DNA of 64,000 nucleotides, taken from the NCBI GenBank assembly GCA_964270895.1, contig OZ185443.1. One strand, given 5' to 3'. The notes under the pieces are model-generated. The model searched no databases, had not been told where the DNA came from, and worked only from the letters and a program-made list of their open reading frames with translations. Within the stretch, counting starts at the first letter, position 1. Every line of letters begins with the position of its first letter. Of this stretch, positions 1 to 12,004 are shown in pieces. The translations under genes and the position numbers were made by a program. Origin of the DNA: Podarcis filfolensis (lineage: Eukaryota).

Positions 1-596
1 ACCCTGGTCTCTTGAGTCTTAGTCCAACACTCTAACCATTACACCACCCTGGCTGTCTTTAGAAGGTTTACTTAGGATCCGTCGTGATAAAGGGAGAGAA
101 GGGACACTGGATTAGTTGGCATACCCAAAACATGCTGTTGGGAGTTGAAGCACACGACTTTCTGAGAAAGTCCTTTGGTTTTCTCAGCTTTAAAGGAATG
201 TGCTTCCCTCTGCCTCCAGCTGGGAACTTTAAGAGTTTCAGGATTCAAATGAAGATGTCAGATTTTGCACTTTTTGCAAGTTAAACTTCCCATTCAGGAG
301 CTGATTATAACCACATAGCTCTTGAGCTCTCCTAGTCTTATATTGTTTCACTGTGTAATAAAAGCAAGGCTAGGAGCAAGGATTTTAAGAATGAACCCTG
401 GGAATCTCCATCATCTTTTAATTAAAAGTCTGGAGGGTTTCACATTCCTCTTCATATAAGCATTTTGCCGTTCTCTCTCCCCAACCCCACCCGCCCGACA
501 GCCATCATGTGCCAATTTAATAGAAATACAGATTATGAAAAAATAATGAACTTAATAGAGGAAATTAGTTCTGCATGAGTACGGCTGCATGCATCA

Positions 597-770
<174 letters not shown>

Positions 771-1279
771 TTACTGAAATAGTCTAATTTTAAAATGCTG
801 TATTATCCCAGAGGAAATCATTGCCTCAGCTGTGTTGAATTTTTTTTGACCTAGCTGGATTATTTTGATTTGTCATGTGGAGTGCAGGGGCCAAGTAACC
901 TCTCTGGGGGTATATCCATTACAGCATTGAAGTCAAAATCTTGTAGGGCAAAGACAGTGACGGAAGACCACCGGACTCCCTGAAGTCAGCACTGCTAATG
1001 AACTACCAAGTATAAGACCTCAGGGATGACCCAATGAGGAGGTAGAATGGGACAATGATAGGCATATGGAAGTGGCAAACTGGCTCCCTTGGACCTCCTC
1101 CTTAACTCATTACTTGGGAAGGTAGGCTTGGCAATGCATTCTGGGTGAGGTGACCTGGAGAATGCCAATGGCGCTGCTTTCTGTAGCAGCTAGGAAGCCT
1201 GCTTAAACTTTTTTTAAAAAGGTGCTTGTTGCAGCTTACAAGAAACTGTAATTTTTGTTTGTGGGCTTTCTAAATGCAG

Positions 1280-1737
1280 TGTCAAGCCTGAGGAATCTCT
1301 CCCTCCCCTCCCGGTGGTTCAAGGAGCCAGGAGAAAACAAGAAAGCTTTTAAGTACGATTTATTCGGTCACTGCGGTAGCAGACAAAGAATTCCAGTCTT
1401 TACACCATTTGCTCAGTTGCTCACTCTGGCTCCCCCAACAGCATCGGGTCCTACGGAAGCCTCCCGTTGCCAAATGTCGCTGCGTACGTTGTTCTTGTAC
1501 TCTCAACGACTGTCGTGTCCTAGGGGATGGAGGGTCTTCTATGTTTTCTAATGACTGCTGTCCCCCTCCCTTAATTCTCTCAGTTCTGTGTAGCTTGGCT
1601 GCTCGCCTGTCTGTACCTTGTTATCTTCCTCATAGTTTGGCTGCAGTTCAAAGCTCTCTCCCCCCCCCCGTCAGCTACAAGAGAAAGGGGGGGGAGATCC
1701 CCAACAGCCCTCTGCTTCTTCATTCCAGTCCCTGACA
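1280..1737 (-). mobile_element. Probable solo LTR (Gypsy-like)
   Basis: TGTCA...TGACA termini, CpG-rich interior, minus-strand AATAAA (1364-1359) ~80 nt from the end. TSD is not clean (TGCAG vs TGCCA). Confidence 0.55.
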
Positions 1738-3155
1738 TGCCATGACAAACTGTGACAGCGGCAAGGGCACTCTCTGGGCCACCCCAGCTAGGGACCTCCA
1801 TGACCCCTTCTCAGAGCAAGGTTAAGGCAAGGAGGAGGACAAGGTGTCATTAAAACCACCCGTGTTGCTGCCACTGCCAACACTAAAGCTAACTGATAGG
1901 TGGCAAGGGTGAAGTGGAGGATACCACTGCTGTCACTGTGAAGAGGAAGAGTGCAGTGGCATTGCATTCTTGTTGTGCCTACTACTTTTGTCTCTTGAGG
2001 AAAGTGATTTGATGGATAACACAAAGGTCCATCTAGTCCAGCACTCGCCATTGGTGGTGGCCAGGCAGATGCACAAGCTGGGATGATGGAGAGAGCTATT
2101 CCATGTCTTTGGCTTTGAAATGTGGATACCACAGGCCTCCAATATATACTCATAGCAAATTCTCTTGATTTTGGAGCTTTTCGAAGTCAAAATGTCACCA
2201 CCCAAGTACAGGAGGAAAGAATCAGCAGCATCAAAGAGCCCCAATCTTTGGGTTCCCACATTGCAGGAGTGCCAACCTGAATAAAATATTGAGGGGTCCA
2301 GGTAAGCCCTGCCTCACATAATCAAACACGGGATGTGGTGCACGCACACCACTTGAATGGCAATGCACATCAACTCTGGGGCAAGGGCCTTGAGCCCCTC
2401 AAATATTTTAGGGAGGGATGAAGGGACCTCGGCCCCTAGGAGTTGGCTCCTATGCCACTTTTGTGCAGAATTTGATGGATTTTTTAAAAATATATATTTA
2501 ATAGAGATTATGGGATAGTATTAGATGTGTGTTGTAATCAATGTATTGGGGCAATTCAAAGTATATAAGGAGCATCTCATGGAGGGACATTATACTGTGT
2601 GAAATGAAAAAATCCCAACCTAAGTTTACTAGCAGAGTTAATTTTTTGGACCACTGCAATCAGTGCCATGAAGAACACGCAAGACCAACTGCTGCCAGAA
2701 GCTAAGGAATTCTGGTGTGGGAAAGATCTGAACCTTGGGAAGTCCTGGGGAAGTCTTTCTTGGGGATTTGGCTATTACTTTCAATACAAGATCAGAAGAG
2801 GTCCCAAATAACTCCTTAACATGTTTCATCCATTGTTCGGCTTCACATAATTAGAAGTAATTTTTATCCCACTTTCCTCCATTATCATAAGTACATTTAC
2901 AACAATTCTAATTTGCATTAGTCACAGCACAGAGTGATCTTAGGAGTGGTAGCTATTTCCAACTAATTACTCTAAAATAAGAAGCATGTGGTGTTTAAAT
3001 GTACTCTAAAGATGTCATTCAATCTTTTTTTAAACTTCAGATTCCCAAGGTCTCTGCCAAAGACTTATTATTATAATGAAACTTAATGTGATTGCAAAAT
3101 AAATCAGGTTGTTTTAGTGTTGATAAGTAGCACCCCACCCACTTTTTTAGCCTAC

Positions 3156-3245
3156 CTGGTTGTTATACGCATCAGGTGCCAGTTTCTTGTAAGTGGGTGC
3201 CATCAGAGTCGAGAGAGTTTGCAAATTGGACTCCAGCTTTTCTTC
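3156..3245 (-). CDS. TET2: TET2 coding exon (human exon 8 equivalent, 90 nt)
   Basis: aaacag|GAA GAA AAG CTG..AAC AAC CAG|gtaggc = [30 protein letters not shown]. Confidence 0.98.
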
Positions 3246-3654
3246 CTGTTTTTCAGTAAAGGAGTGATTTCGCGTGTTAACATTCAACTGTATTAAGTTT
3301 ATATTGTAGTCCTAATTATCCATTACAAGCCAAAAAAGGGGGAGATGGAACGGAGATATTGCAATAGATTAAGTTACTGCAGTTACAATATTCAATGCTA
3401 GTAAATCGGGAAACACAGAGGAAAGTTAAGGTTATAAAATAGAGGAATTTTGAATTTGCAAATAAACCAGGGAAACTGCTGGCTTGGCAGCTAAAAAATG
3501 AATGAAGGGAGAATGGAGAAAAGATGAAAAGTGTGTTTCTGTGCATTTGTGTGAGAAGGGGAAGGAGGGAGGGAAAGGGCATCCTGCTCACTTCTAAACA
3601 AAAAATTTTTTTTCCTTCCAGTAGCACCTTAAAGACCAACTAAGTTAGTTCTTG

Positions 3655-3692
3655 GTATGAGCTTTCGTGTGCATGCACACTTCTTCAGATAC
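3655..3692 (-). ncRNA. Minimal type I hammerhead ribozyme motif (left arm, TET2-sense)
   Basis: GUAU-CUGAAGA-A-GUGUGC AU GCACAC-GAAA-GC-UC-AUAC: stem I GUAU/AUAC, core CUGANGA, 6-bp stem II, GAAA, palindromic AGCU mini-stem III, predicted cleavage after CUC. Confidence 0.75.
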
Positions 3693-4365
3693 ACTGAAAC
3701 AGAAGTTGCCAGATCCTTCTATATAGTGAGAAGGTGGGGAGGGGTATTACTCAGAAGGGTGGTGGGAATGGGTGGTTGGCAGATAGCTGAGATGAGCCTG
3801 TTGACGGCTCTTAACGACTGCAATAGGTCTTACAGGAAAAAGCAAGGGGTGAGAAGGTGAAAAATGGCTTTGTCATGTATAATGAGATAAGAATCCAATG
3901 TCTTTGTTCAGACCAGGTCTCTCCATGGTTTTAAGTTTGGTAATGAGTTGCAATTCAGCAGCTTCTCTTTCCAGTCTATTTCTGAAATTCCTTTGTAGTA
4001 ATACAGCTACTTTGAGATCTTGTATAGAATGTCCTGAGAGATTGAAGTGTTCTCCTACTGGTTTCTCTGTCTTGTGATTCTTGATGTCCGATTTATGTCC
4101 GTAAATGCAACTCATTACCAAACTTAAAACCATGGAGAGACCTGGTCTGAACAAAGACATTGGATTCTTATCTCATTATACATGACAAAGCCATTTTTCA
4201 CCTTCTCACCCCTTGCTTTTTCCTGTAAGACCTATTGCAGTCGTTAAGAGTCGTCAACAGGCTCATCACAGCTATCTGCCAATCACCCATTCCCACCACC
4301 CTTCTGAGTAATACCCCTCCCCACTTTCTCACTATATAGAAGGATCTGGCAACTTCTGTTTCAGT

Positions 4366-4403
4366 GTATCTGAAGAAGTGTGCATGCACACGAAAGCTCA
4401 TAC
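4366..4403 (+). ncRNA. Minimal type I hammerhead ribozyme motif (right arm, antisense to TET2)
   Basis: Identical motif gtat ctgaaga a gtgtgcatgcacac gaaa gc tc atac on the + strand. Confidence 0.75.
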
Positions 4404-4733
4404 CAAGAACTAACTTAGTTGGTCTTTAAGGTGCTACTGGAAGGAAAAAAATTTTTTTTTTTGTTTTGACTATGGCAGACCAACACGGCTACCTATCTGT
4501 AACTGCTCACTTCTGACTTTGACTCCACCCATTACCTGCATTCAGGCCCTGCCCACTTCCCCCTAGAGGAATGCAGCCCCTGACTTCAGAAAGGTTCCTC
4601 ACCTTCCTGCGTCAGACAGAAGAGGTAGATGGAAACACTTAGAAATAAATACCATTCTAGGGCGGAATGTTGTACTTTGACAAAACTTAAGACCATCATC
4701 TGACACTGTGAGTCATTTTTTAAAAATTGAGCT

Positions 4734-4791
4734 TTATCTTATCTTATCTTATCTTATCTTATCTTATCTTATCATTCATTCATTCATTCAT
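4734..4791. repeat. (TCTTA)n followed by (TCAT)n microsatellite
   Basis: Seen directly. Confidence 0.85.
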
Positions 4792-5134
4792 TCCCAACCC
4801 TTTTTCCTGACAAAGACTCAAGGCAGTTTACTGATAAAAACAAAAACAGCTAAAATCATAGGGGGCGGGGAAACCAATAATTTAAAAACCATTAAACATG
4901 GATAGGATTAAAACTATATATAATCTATTAAAACCATGCAAAGGATTACAATAAGAAAGCACCAGCCTTCATATTCAAAGCAGTCAGTTCCAACAAGAAC
5001 ACCTGCACTTGCAGGCAGAAGGACAACAAAGAGGGAGCCAGTCTTAACACCTCTAGGGTGGGGGTTCCAAAGTCTGGGAGCAGCTACCACAATTAGAACA
5101 GACATGCTTTGGAGAGTGCCACACATGCCATCTA

Positions 5135-5329
<195 letters not shown>

Positions 5330-6588
5330 CTAAAAGCATAGTGTGGACACCTGCAAAGAATCCCTGCCTGGAAATTTTTTTTACACATCATAATGTTTTT
5401 GCAGCTATATGCACTACGCCCAACTTCTGCACTCCCTGAAGAACCCTTCAACAGGCCTCTAATAAATTTTTGTAGGAAAGGAGAGCCACCCTTTGGCCAT
5501 GTGTCTAAGGAAGTCTTGGCCATGATGTTGTTGCAACCAGAGCAAACTGCAGACAACTGATCATCTTATATGAAAAGCCTTTAGTAGTACCAAGAGTGGT
5601 TGGAAGTGAAGTCAATTGCTTGTGTTCTACCTTCATCTATAGATATTTGATATAGAAGCAAAACAACAACCTTCTACGTGTGTAGGGGTGTGTGTGCGTG
5701 TGCACATATGAAAGTAGTTTCCTTACAAGCTTCTGAAAACCAGCAGTTCACATTAAGGTTGCAATTCCATACATACTGTGAAGAAGAACCACTCAACTCA
5801 ATGGGACTTGTTTCTGTGTATTCATACATAGTATTGCACTGTAAACAATTACTTTATTAAAAAATGAAAACCAAAGGAAGGCACCTTAGCTCTGAATTAT
5901 ATTGAATAGGTCCAGAGATCCCATGTGTGGTGGGACAATCATGAAATGCTCCAGCTGATAGGAGGAGGTAAGGTGTGATGTCTACTGACTTTCCTTCCTG
6001 CAACCCCTCCAGTTCCCAAATTTATTCCCAGTGGTTTTGAGAGACACCCAGAACATTCTGGGCACAAGCCTGCTGGGGGGCTGCAGAGGGAAAGAATGGC
6101 CAAAAATCGCCTCCATCTCTTTCTATCTGCAGATCAAAAGACCTTTCTGCAAACAGAAGGACCTCACCTGTTTGTGGAAAGGCCATGCTGGAGCCAATCC
6201 TACGTATTCACAAAATTCCAATACACCTGGCACAGTCGTGCAAACCCAGTACACCATTTTTACCATGCCTTGGAAAGAGGTACCTTGCTATAGGGTATTC
6301 TTATTGGTCTTCTATGGTCCTGTCTTTGCTGGTATTGCAATAGGTCTTGTTAAAAGCCATCAAAGCACATGGCCAGATGAGCCATACAATAATCCCACCT
6401 GTCTCACTAAAACTGTGTAGCTATTCAGGGCATTGAAGATGTATAATAAATACATAGTAAGGGCTAATTTGGAAAGACAATTTATGTCTTAGGGAAGCTT
6501 TTAATGTTTAATAGATTATTGTATTTTAATATTATGTTGGAAGCTGCCCAGAGTGGCTGGGGAAACCCAGCCAGATGGGTGGGGTATA

Positions 6589-6674
<86 letters not shown>
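6589..6674. repeat. (AAT)14-AT-(ATT)14 perfect 86-bp palindrome
   Basis: Counted directly. Follows an L2-type 3' end (cccagagtggctggggaaacccagccagatgggtggggtataa), which is also seen at ~20110-20180. Confidence 0.95.
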
Positions 6675-6676
<2 letters not shown>

Positions 6677-7390
6677 GTCTATTGGAATACATTTCCATGA
6701 AACCATATGAGTTCCTTAGGAAAATTGGTAGGGGAACACCCAACAGGAAGTTGTCTTCACAATATGACTGGGGCTGCAAAGACACAATACACTAAAATAC
6801 ACCCTCCCACAAAGAATCCTGGGAAATGTAGTTTACCCTTCCCAGAGCTGCAGTTCCCAGCACCCCAACAAACTACAGTTCCCAATATCCTTTTTTGTGT
6901 AGAGGGGGAAATGTGTTTTAAATGTATGGCATGTATGCAGACTGGGTAACTTCATTGAGCTAGGCACCACAAATGAAGCTTGCTCCCTATATGGTACTCC
7001 ATGTACTGGGCAGAATTTGTTGCAAGAAGTTTGATGCAGCAAGGAACATTAACAGCATCATGGTAGACATGGAACTAGACTCCAACCACTCATGCATATT
7101 GTCATGGCATAGTCCCAAAAGGGGTGTGCTGCAGAACTGAATGTGATGGGAATTGTGGCAATGATAGAAGGGAGGTGAAATGGGCTCTCTGTTAAACAAA
7201 GATGACTTTCTTGGTTACTGACAACATAAAGACAATAACTTCAGTGAGACCAATGACTAATGTCAGCTAAGAACATGAAAAGGAGAACATAGGATACATG
7301 ACTTCAGTAGGAATTATTGTTCCTTAAATCTAGACATTCAAGCTATAGCAAGACCACATTTTGAGAGAAACAAGTACATACTTCACTTAC

Positions 7391-7599
7391 TCTTCATTTA
7401 GAGCACAGCGACGGTTTGTTAGCGTGCCATACTTCCTTAAAGTTTCGGAGAGTTCGGAATACAGCTTGTCCGCTAGGCTTCGAGAAATTCCTTCCCACAC
7501 CAAGATAAGCACTACTATCACTGCTGTTTCACAGCTGTGGCCTGCACGTTCCCGTACCAAACAAAGGAGTTTTTCTTCAGTGCTACTTCTACGAATCAC
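7391..7599 (-). CDS. TET2: TET2 coding exon (human exon 6 equivalent, 209 nt), Cys-rich domain
   Basis: ttgcag|GTG ATT CGT..AAT GAA GA|gtaagt = [69 protein letters not shown](E). Includes the HxC zinc ligands and the NRR 2-oxoglutarate-binding arginine region. Confidence 0.99.
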
Positions 7600-8233
7600 C
7601 TGCAAATACAACCCCCCCAAAAGAAGTTTTCTGGTTTTTAGTGAGATACAAAATAGGATAGAATGTCTGTTTAAGGAAGACATTTATGCTCATATCCAGT
7701 CTGCCTGTAGCACAGTTTACTGCAGTGTTGTGCGCAGAAGGTTTTAGGTTCAATCCCTGTGATCTCAAAGTAGGAAAGACCCCTGCCTGAGATATTAGAC
7801 AGACGTCAATCAGAACAGACAAGACCGGGTTAGATGGACCAGCACCCTAAATAAATACAAGGCATTTCCCAACTTTGGGAGGCCTTTAATTGGAGGTACA
7901 TTTTCAAAATACTATACTTTCCTTAGCTCAGTCCAATACTATTACTAGGTTACATTTCATCTTTGTATACATTTTGTTTTGCAAATTTTGCATGATTGGG
8001 CAGCCGTGAACTTTGAGATACAGTCTGTGTTTAGGTATTTTTTAATATATATAAACTCATTTCAAAGTTATAATACCTCTTTTGACATCTATCCTAGATC
8101 AGAGGCTTAAAAAAAGTCAAAATGGTAATATTCTCTTTTAAAATGATCTGCATATTTACAGCAAACAAATACTAGTATTCTTTATTAAACTTAAAAAATA
8201 TCTTTTATATGATCAAGTGGGAAAAAGGCTTAC

Positions 8234-8327
8234 CCATTTAGCTATAGGACATCCTTGGGCACTTTTGCCTTCTTTCCCCGTATAGACAATCCGCTCTATC
8301 CTTATGGCTTTGCCTTTCTGTCCATAC
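8234..8327 (-). CDS. TET2: TET2 coding exon (human exon 5 equivalent, 94 nt)
   Basis: ttttaaag|G TAT GGA CAG AAA..GCT AAA TGG|gtaagc = [31 protein letters not shown]. Confidence 0.98.
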
Positions 8328-9213
8328 CTTTAAAAATCCAAACAAATGAATAAAAGTAAATATTAGCATTTGAACTGAGCAACAGAGATTGACATGCAGT
8401 GTATGTGTGTATAAATATATATATATATAGAGAGAGAGAGAGTCAAGTCAGCCTTGTGCCATTATTTGTCCATTTTCCCTCAAATCACATCCTTTATTTG
8501 TAGCTATTATGTGTATACATGATGTTTCAAGAAACTCACACCATACTTTGTAAGAGACAATATGTTCATTGAGATTCCTGCATTTGCAAGGGGTTGGACT
8601 AAATGACCCTCAGGGTGCCTTCCAACTCTATGATTCTATGATATATCTATCTGATCTCCTTGCTCAAAAGAATAAAGGCGTGAAGTGTCCTTAGAAGAAT
8701 ATTAAGACCTGCCCTACAGGGGTCTTTGTATCGCATTTTTAGCACAGCAGCTCTAAGAAAGAATGAGCTTAAACATTGAACTAATTATCTGAAAAAGGAC
8801 TCTGCTCGTCATTTACATCTGATAATCTACTGTTTTATCATATCCAACATATATGGAAATGTAAGTGTGCAGAGGAAAAGGAGGCAATGTCTTGAAAAAA
8901 GGTGGAATGTGCTTTAAATTTGCTGCTAGCTGAATGAAGGCCCCTTTAAAATATGGAAAATTTGTGTTGAAGGGAAACAAGACCTAGAGTCCAGAATTTA
9001 GCTAATTTCAATTATATGTGCCTTACATACAATGAAATCTCATCTGCATATAGCATTTGTTTGGCTGCCACTTGATTCTAACAATACAGAACAGGAAAAA
9101 ACACCTCACCCCGGCATATCAGATTAAGGTGCTGTAAAAAAAAAAAAAGGTACTATGATGTAGAAATAATGACCAAGTTTCCAAGCCAAAACTGGTCATT
9201 TATTCCTTTATTG

Positions 9214-9349
9214 CATACATCTCCAACCTTCGGCCCTCCAGATGTTTTGGACTACAATTCCCATCATCCCTGGCCACTGGTCCTGTTAGCTAGGGATCAT
9301 GGGAGTTGTAGGCCAAAACATTTGGAGGGCCGCAGGTTGGGGATGCCTG
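9214..9349. mobile_element. hAT (Charlie-like) hairpin MITE
   Basis: Long internal palindrome (ggccctccagatgttttggactacaattcccat/atgggagttgtaggccaaaacatttggagggcc); 8-bp TSD CTTTATTG/CTTTATGG. Confidence 0.8.
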
Positions 9350-9781
9350 CTTTATGGAATTCAATGAATGGTACTAGATTCCTTAGTGTAAATAAACAGA
9401 AGGAAGATGAACTCTTAATTGTGTTGTGGTTTTTTGTTTTGTTTTGGTGGGGGAGCCTGCTTGAGGTTTTCTTTCCTTGAGCTGCATATGCCTTTTGCCA
9501 TCTCCCCTATGTACCTTGGCATGTGTGGTGGCCAGTCTGGGAATGCTAGGTCCTTTCCTGCTTTTACAGTCAATGCCAATTCGCTAATTTGGCAGGCTGG
9601 CCCTGTTGCTGGCATCTGCCTCAGAGTGGGCAGATCAGGGCAGCAAGCCAGCCGACCTGTCAAATGTTGTCGTCCTCCAGTGAATAGCACAGTGCCCTGT
9701 GCTGGCAAAGCAGGAAGAGCCAGCCTACCAAATAATTACTTGGGAGTATGCAATTGTGGTCTTCTTTGTGTGCAAAGACCG

Positions 9782-9784
<3 letters not shown>

Positions 9785-9846
<62 letters not shown>
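9785..9846. repeat. Compound microsatellite (GT)14(GA)17
   Basis: Counted directly. Confidence 0.95.
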
Positions 9847-9849
<3 letters not shown>

Positions 9850-9908
9850 AATCCTGACATGCACAATAGATAAATTTTAATCTGCCGTGTGCCTTAGCAA
9901 ATTCATTA

Positions 9909-10004
<96 letters not shown>

Positions 10005-12004
10005 TTAAAAACAAACAAACAAACAAAAAGGTTAACGCTGTATGCTTTTGAAGATGTCTTTAAAAGATATTACATAGTAAAGCATAGGTTCACCTTATAC
10101 ACATATTTTGCTCACTTCAGGAAAAAATTCTAAATGAAATCTGTAACAAGACCTGTTTGCACTACACATATGAGTAAAAGCAACCCCAAAGAGTCTTGGC
10201 AGGTCATCTGTGCACCAGATCATTCATGGACTGATAGTAGGGCTAGGGGAAGAATTACTATTTTCACTTGGGAATTGTTTTAGGGAAATTATTGTACCAA
10301 ACAAGATAGTGAGCAATATTTGGGGCAGTTCTAATGCATAATGCCAGATGAATGATATTTTTTTTATATAAGGCATGGTTAATACAGTTACTGTAATAGG
10401 GGTCAATTAGGATTTTCTCTGTTCCCGTTACCATCAGGAATCAATAAAAGTTATTGCTGTGGAATAGCTAATGGAAGAAAATCAGATAGGGCATATTCTC
10501 GACTTTTGATATGTCAGCACCTCTGCTTATTGCTTTTTTGGTGCAGAAATATTGGAAGGTAAAATCCCCTTATTACATAGGCAAGAAACCTATGACCCTC
10601 CATATGTTGCTGTACTACAAGTCCCATTTTCCCTGATCACTGGCCACACCGCCTCGGGCTAATGGGAGCTCAAGTCCAAGAAGAACATCTGGAGAGCCAC
10701 AAGTTCCCCATTCCTGCTTTATTACATCTGGTCGACCATAAATAAAGGTTGGAAATGAGTCTAGATTTTCATTGATAGTATTAGCCTTTTAGCTTTGCAG
10801 CAGTTCCTGCTATCTATATATGCACCCCAAGGCTCAGTTATTAAATTTTTAAAAAAGGTAAATTGGGGTTCAGATAAATTCCTTTAAAACCATCTGTTGA
10901 AAATGCAAATGCCTCAGTGTGACCGGTTCTATAAAGGCAGAGCAAAGTTTAGTACTATGCGTTGAAAGATTCTCATGCATCTGTGTCCATTATTCTCATT
11001 GTGGTGCATACATGGAGGACGACTGTTCAGGCCCAAATTGCATGCATCTTGAAATGTTTCAAATAAAATGGGGCATGTGGATATACCAAAGGGGTGTACA
11101 GTAGAAGATGATGCTAAATGTCCTGCTGCTCTTCTCTACTCCATAGCCAGATGCCAATACAGAGAGAGAGAGCCCACCTTGAGAAAAGGGCAGCGGCTGT
11201 AGAGGGAAGGACCACAAATGGAGGATTCAGAATCCTCAGACCATGCACTTATTTAATACATTAAATCACACCTCTATTCCTTTGTGGCGCTAGGCCAAAG
11301 GTCTTCTATGAAGACGTTATCTTTATTATGTGCAATTTGGTCTTAAGTCATTCTGCACCAACACTTTTCTAGTGTCCTAATTCACCATGACAAAACTAGA
11401 TGCAGTTTCCTCATTTTACTTGCACGGGTTATTTCAAAGAGACAGTTTTCCATTCTGTTTGCCTAGGAAATCATCTTGCATTTCTGGCCTTGCTCAGGCG
11501 ATACCTTCAGAGGAGAAATCATACCTGCAAGAATCTCAACTCCACATTTGCCTTCACTTTGTCCAATCACACCCATATAATGTGCTCAGAATGTAACAAA
11601 CCAGCCATCTTTTTATGCCCGTATTTGATTGTGGGGAAATCTAGACACCATAAACCACTCCCAAAGCAAAGTGGAGAGTGGAGTCAGGATGAATCCATAG
11701 CCAACCACGTGTTGTATAGCATCATTCAACTCACAGTATTTTCCATGAAGGAAACTGAAGGACAGAGTGGCTGGAACTGCAAGAGCCTGAGATACTTATA
11801 ATTTATGGATAAGAAATTCCAACCTGCAAACTGAGAAATGCAGTTTGGGACATTTATTTGAGAAGACAAGGGAAGTCTTCCCTATAGGAGAAAGGGGAGG
11901 AGGGTGACATGAGGAAGGGAGCTGGCTGGGCTTGGAAAATTATAGCAGAATGGTATTATTGTATTCATTTAAAAACAAACTCTGAAACATCAAACTCAAC
12001 TCAC

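Larger units (their letters stand above)
3596..4502 (-). mobile_element. Penelope-like retroelement, 5'-truncated, with inverted pseudo-LTR
   Basis: Minus ORF 3873-4100 reads ..HKSDIKNHKTEKPVGEHFNLSGHSIQDLKVAVLLQRNFRNRLEREAAELQLITKLKTMERPGLNKDIGFLSHYT, the C-terminus of a GIY-YIG endonuclease. Inverted arms at 3596-3952 and 4106-~4466. 12-bp direct repeat CTGCTCACTTCT flanks it (3584-3595, 4503-4514). Confidence 0.9.

Noticed and set aside
2269-2455. Old hAT-like MITE
   Set aside because: TIRs and TSD (CCACATTG vs CCACTTTT) are too degenerate to support as a feature.
3657-4401. Two near-identical 67-aa ORFs on opposite strands
   Set aside because: They are antisense readings of the Penelope inverted arms, with no protein-family features.
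6482-6795. ORFs with poly-N/L/I/Y runs
   Set aside because: Translation of the AAT/ATT microsatellite.
7391-7599. CpG enrichment of the catalytic exon (10 CpG in 209 nt vs about 1 in the 360 nt at 7861-8220)
   Set aside because: Expected from coding constraint (Arg codons and similar); not specific to TET2.
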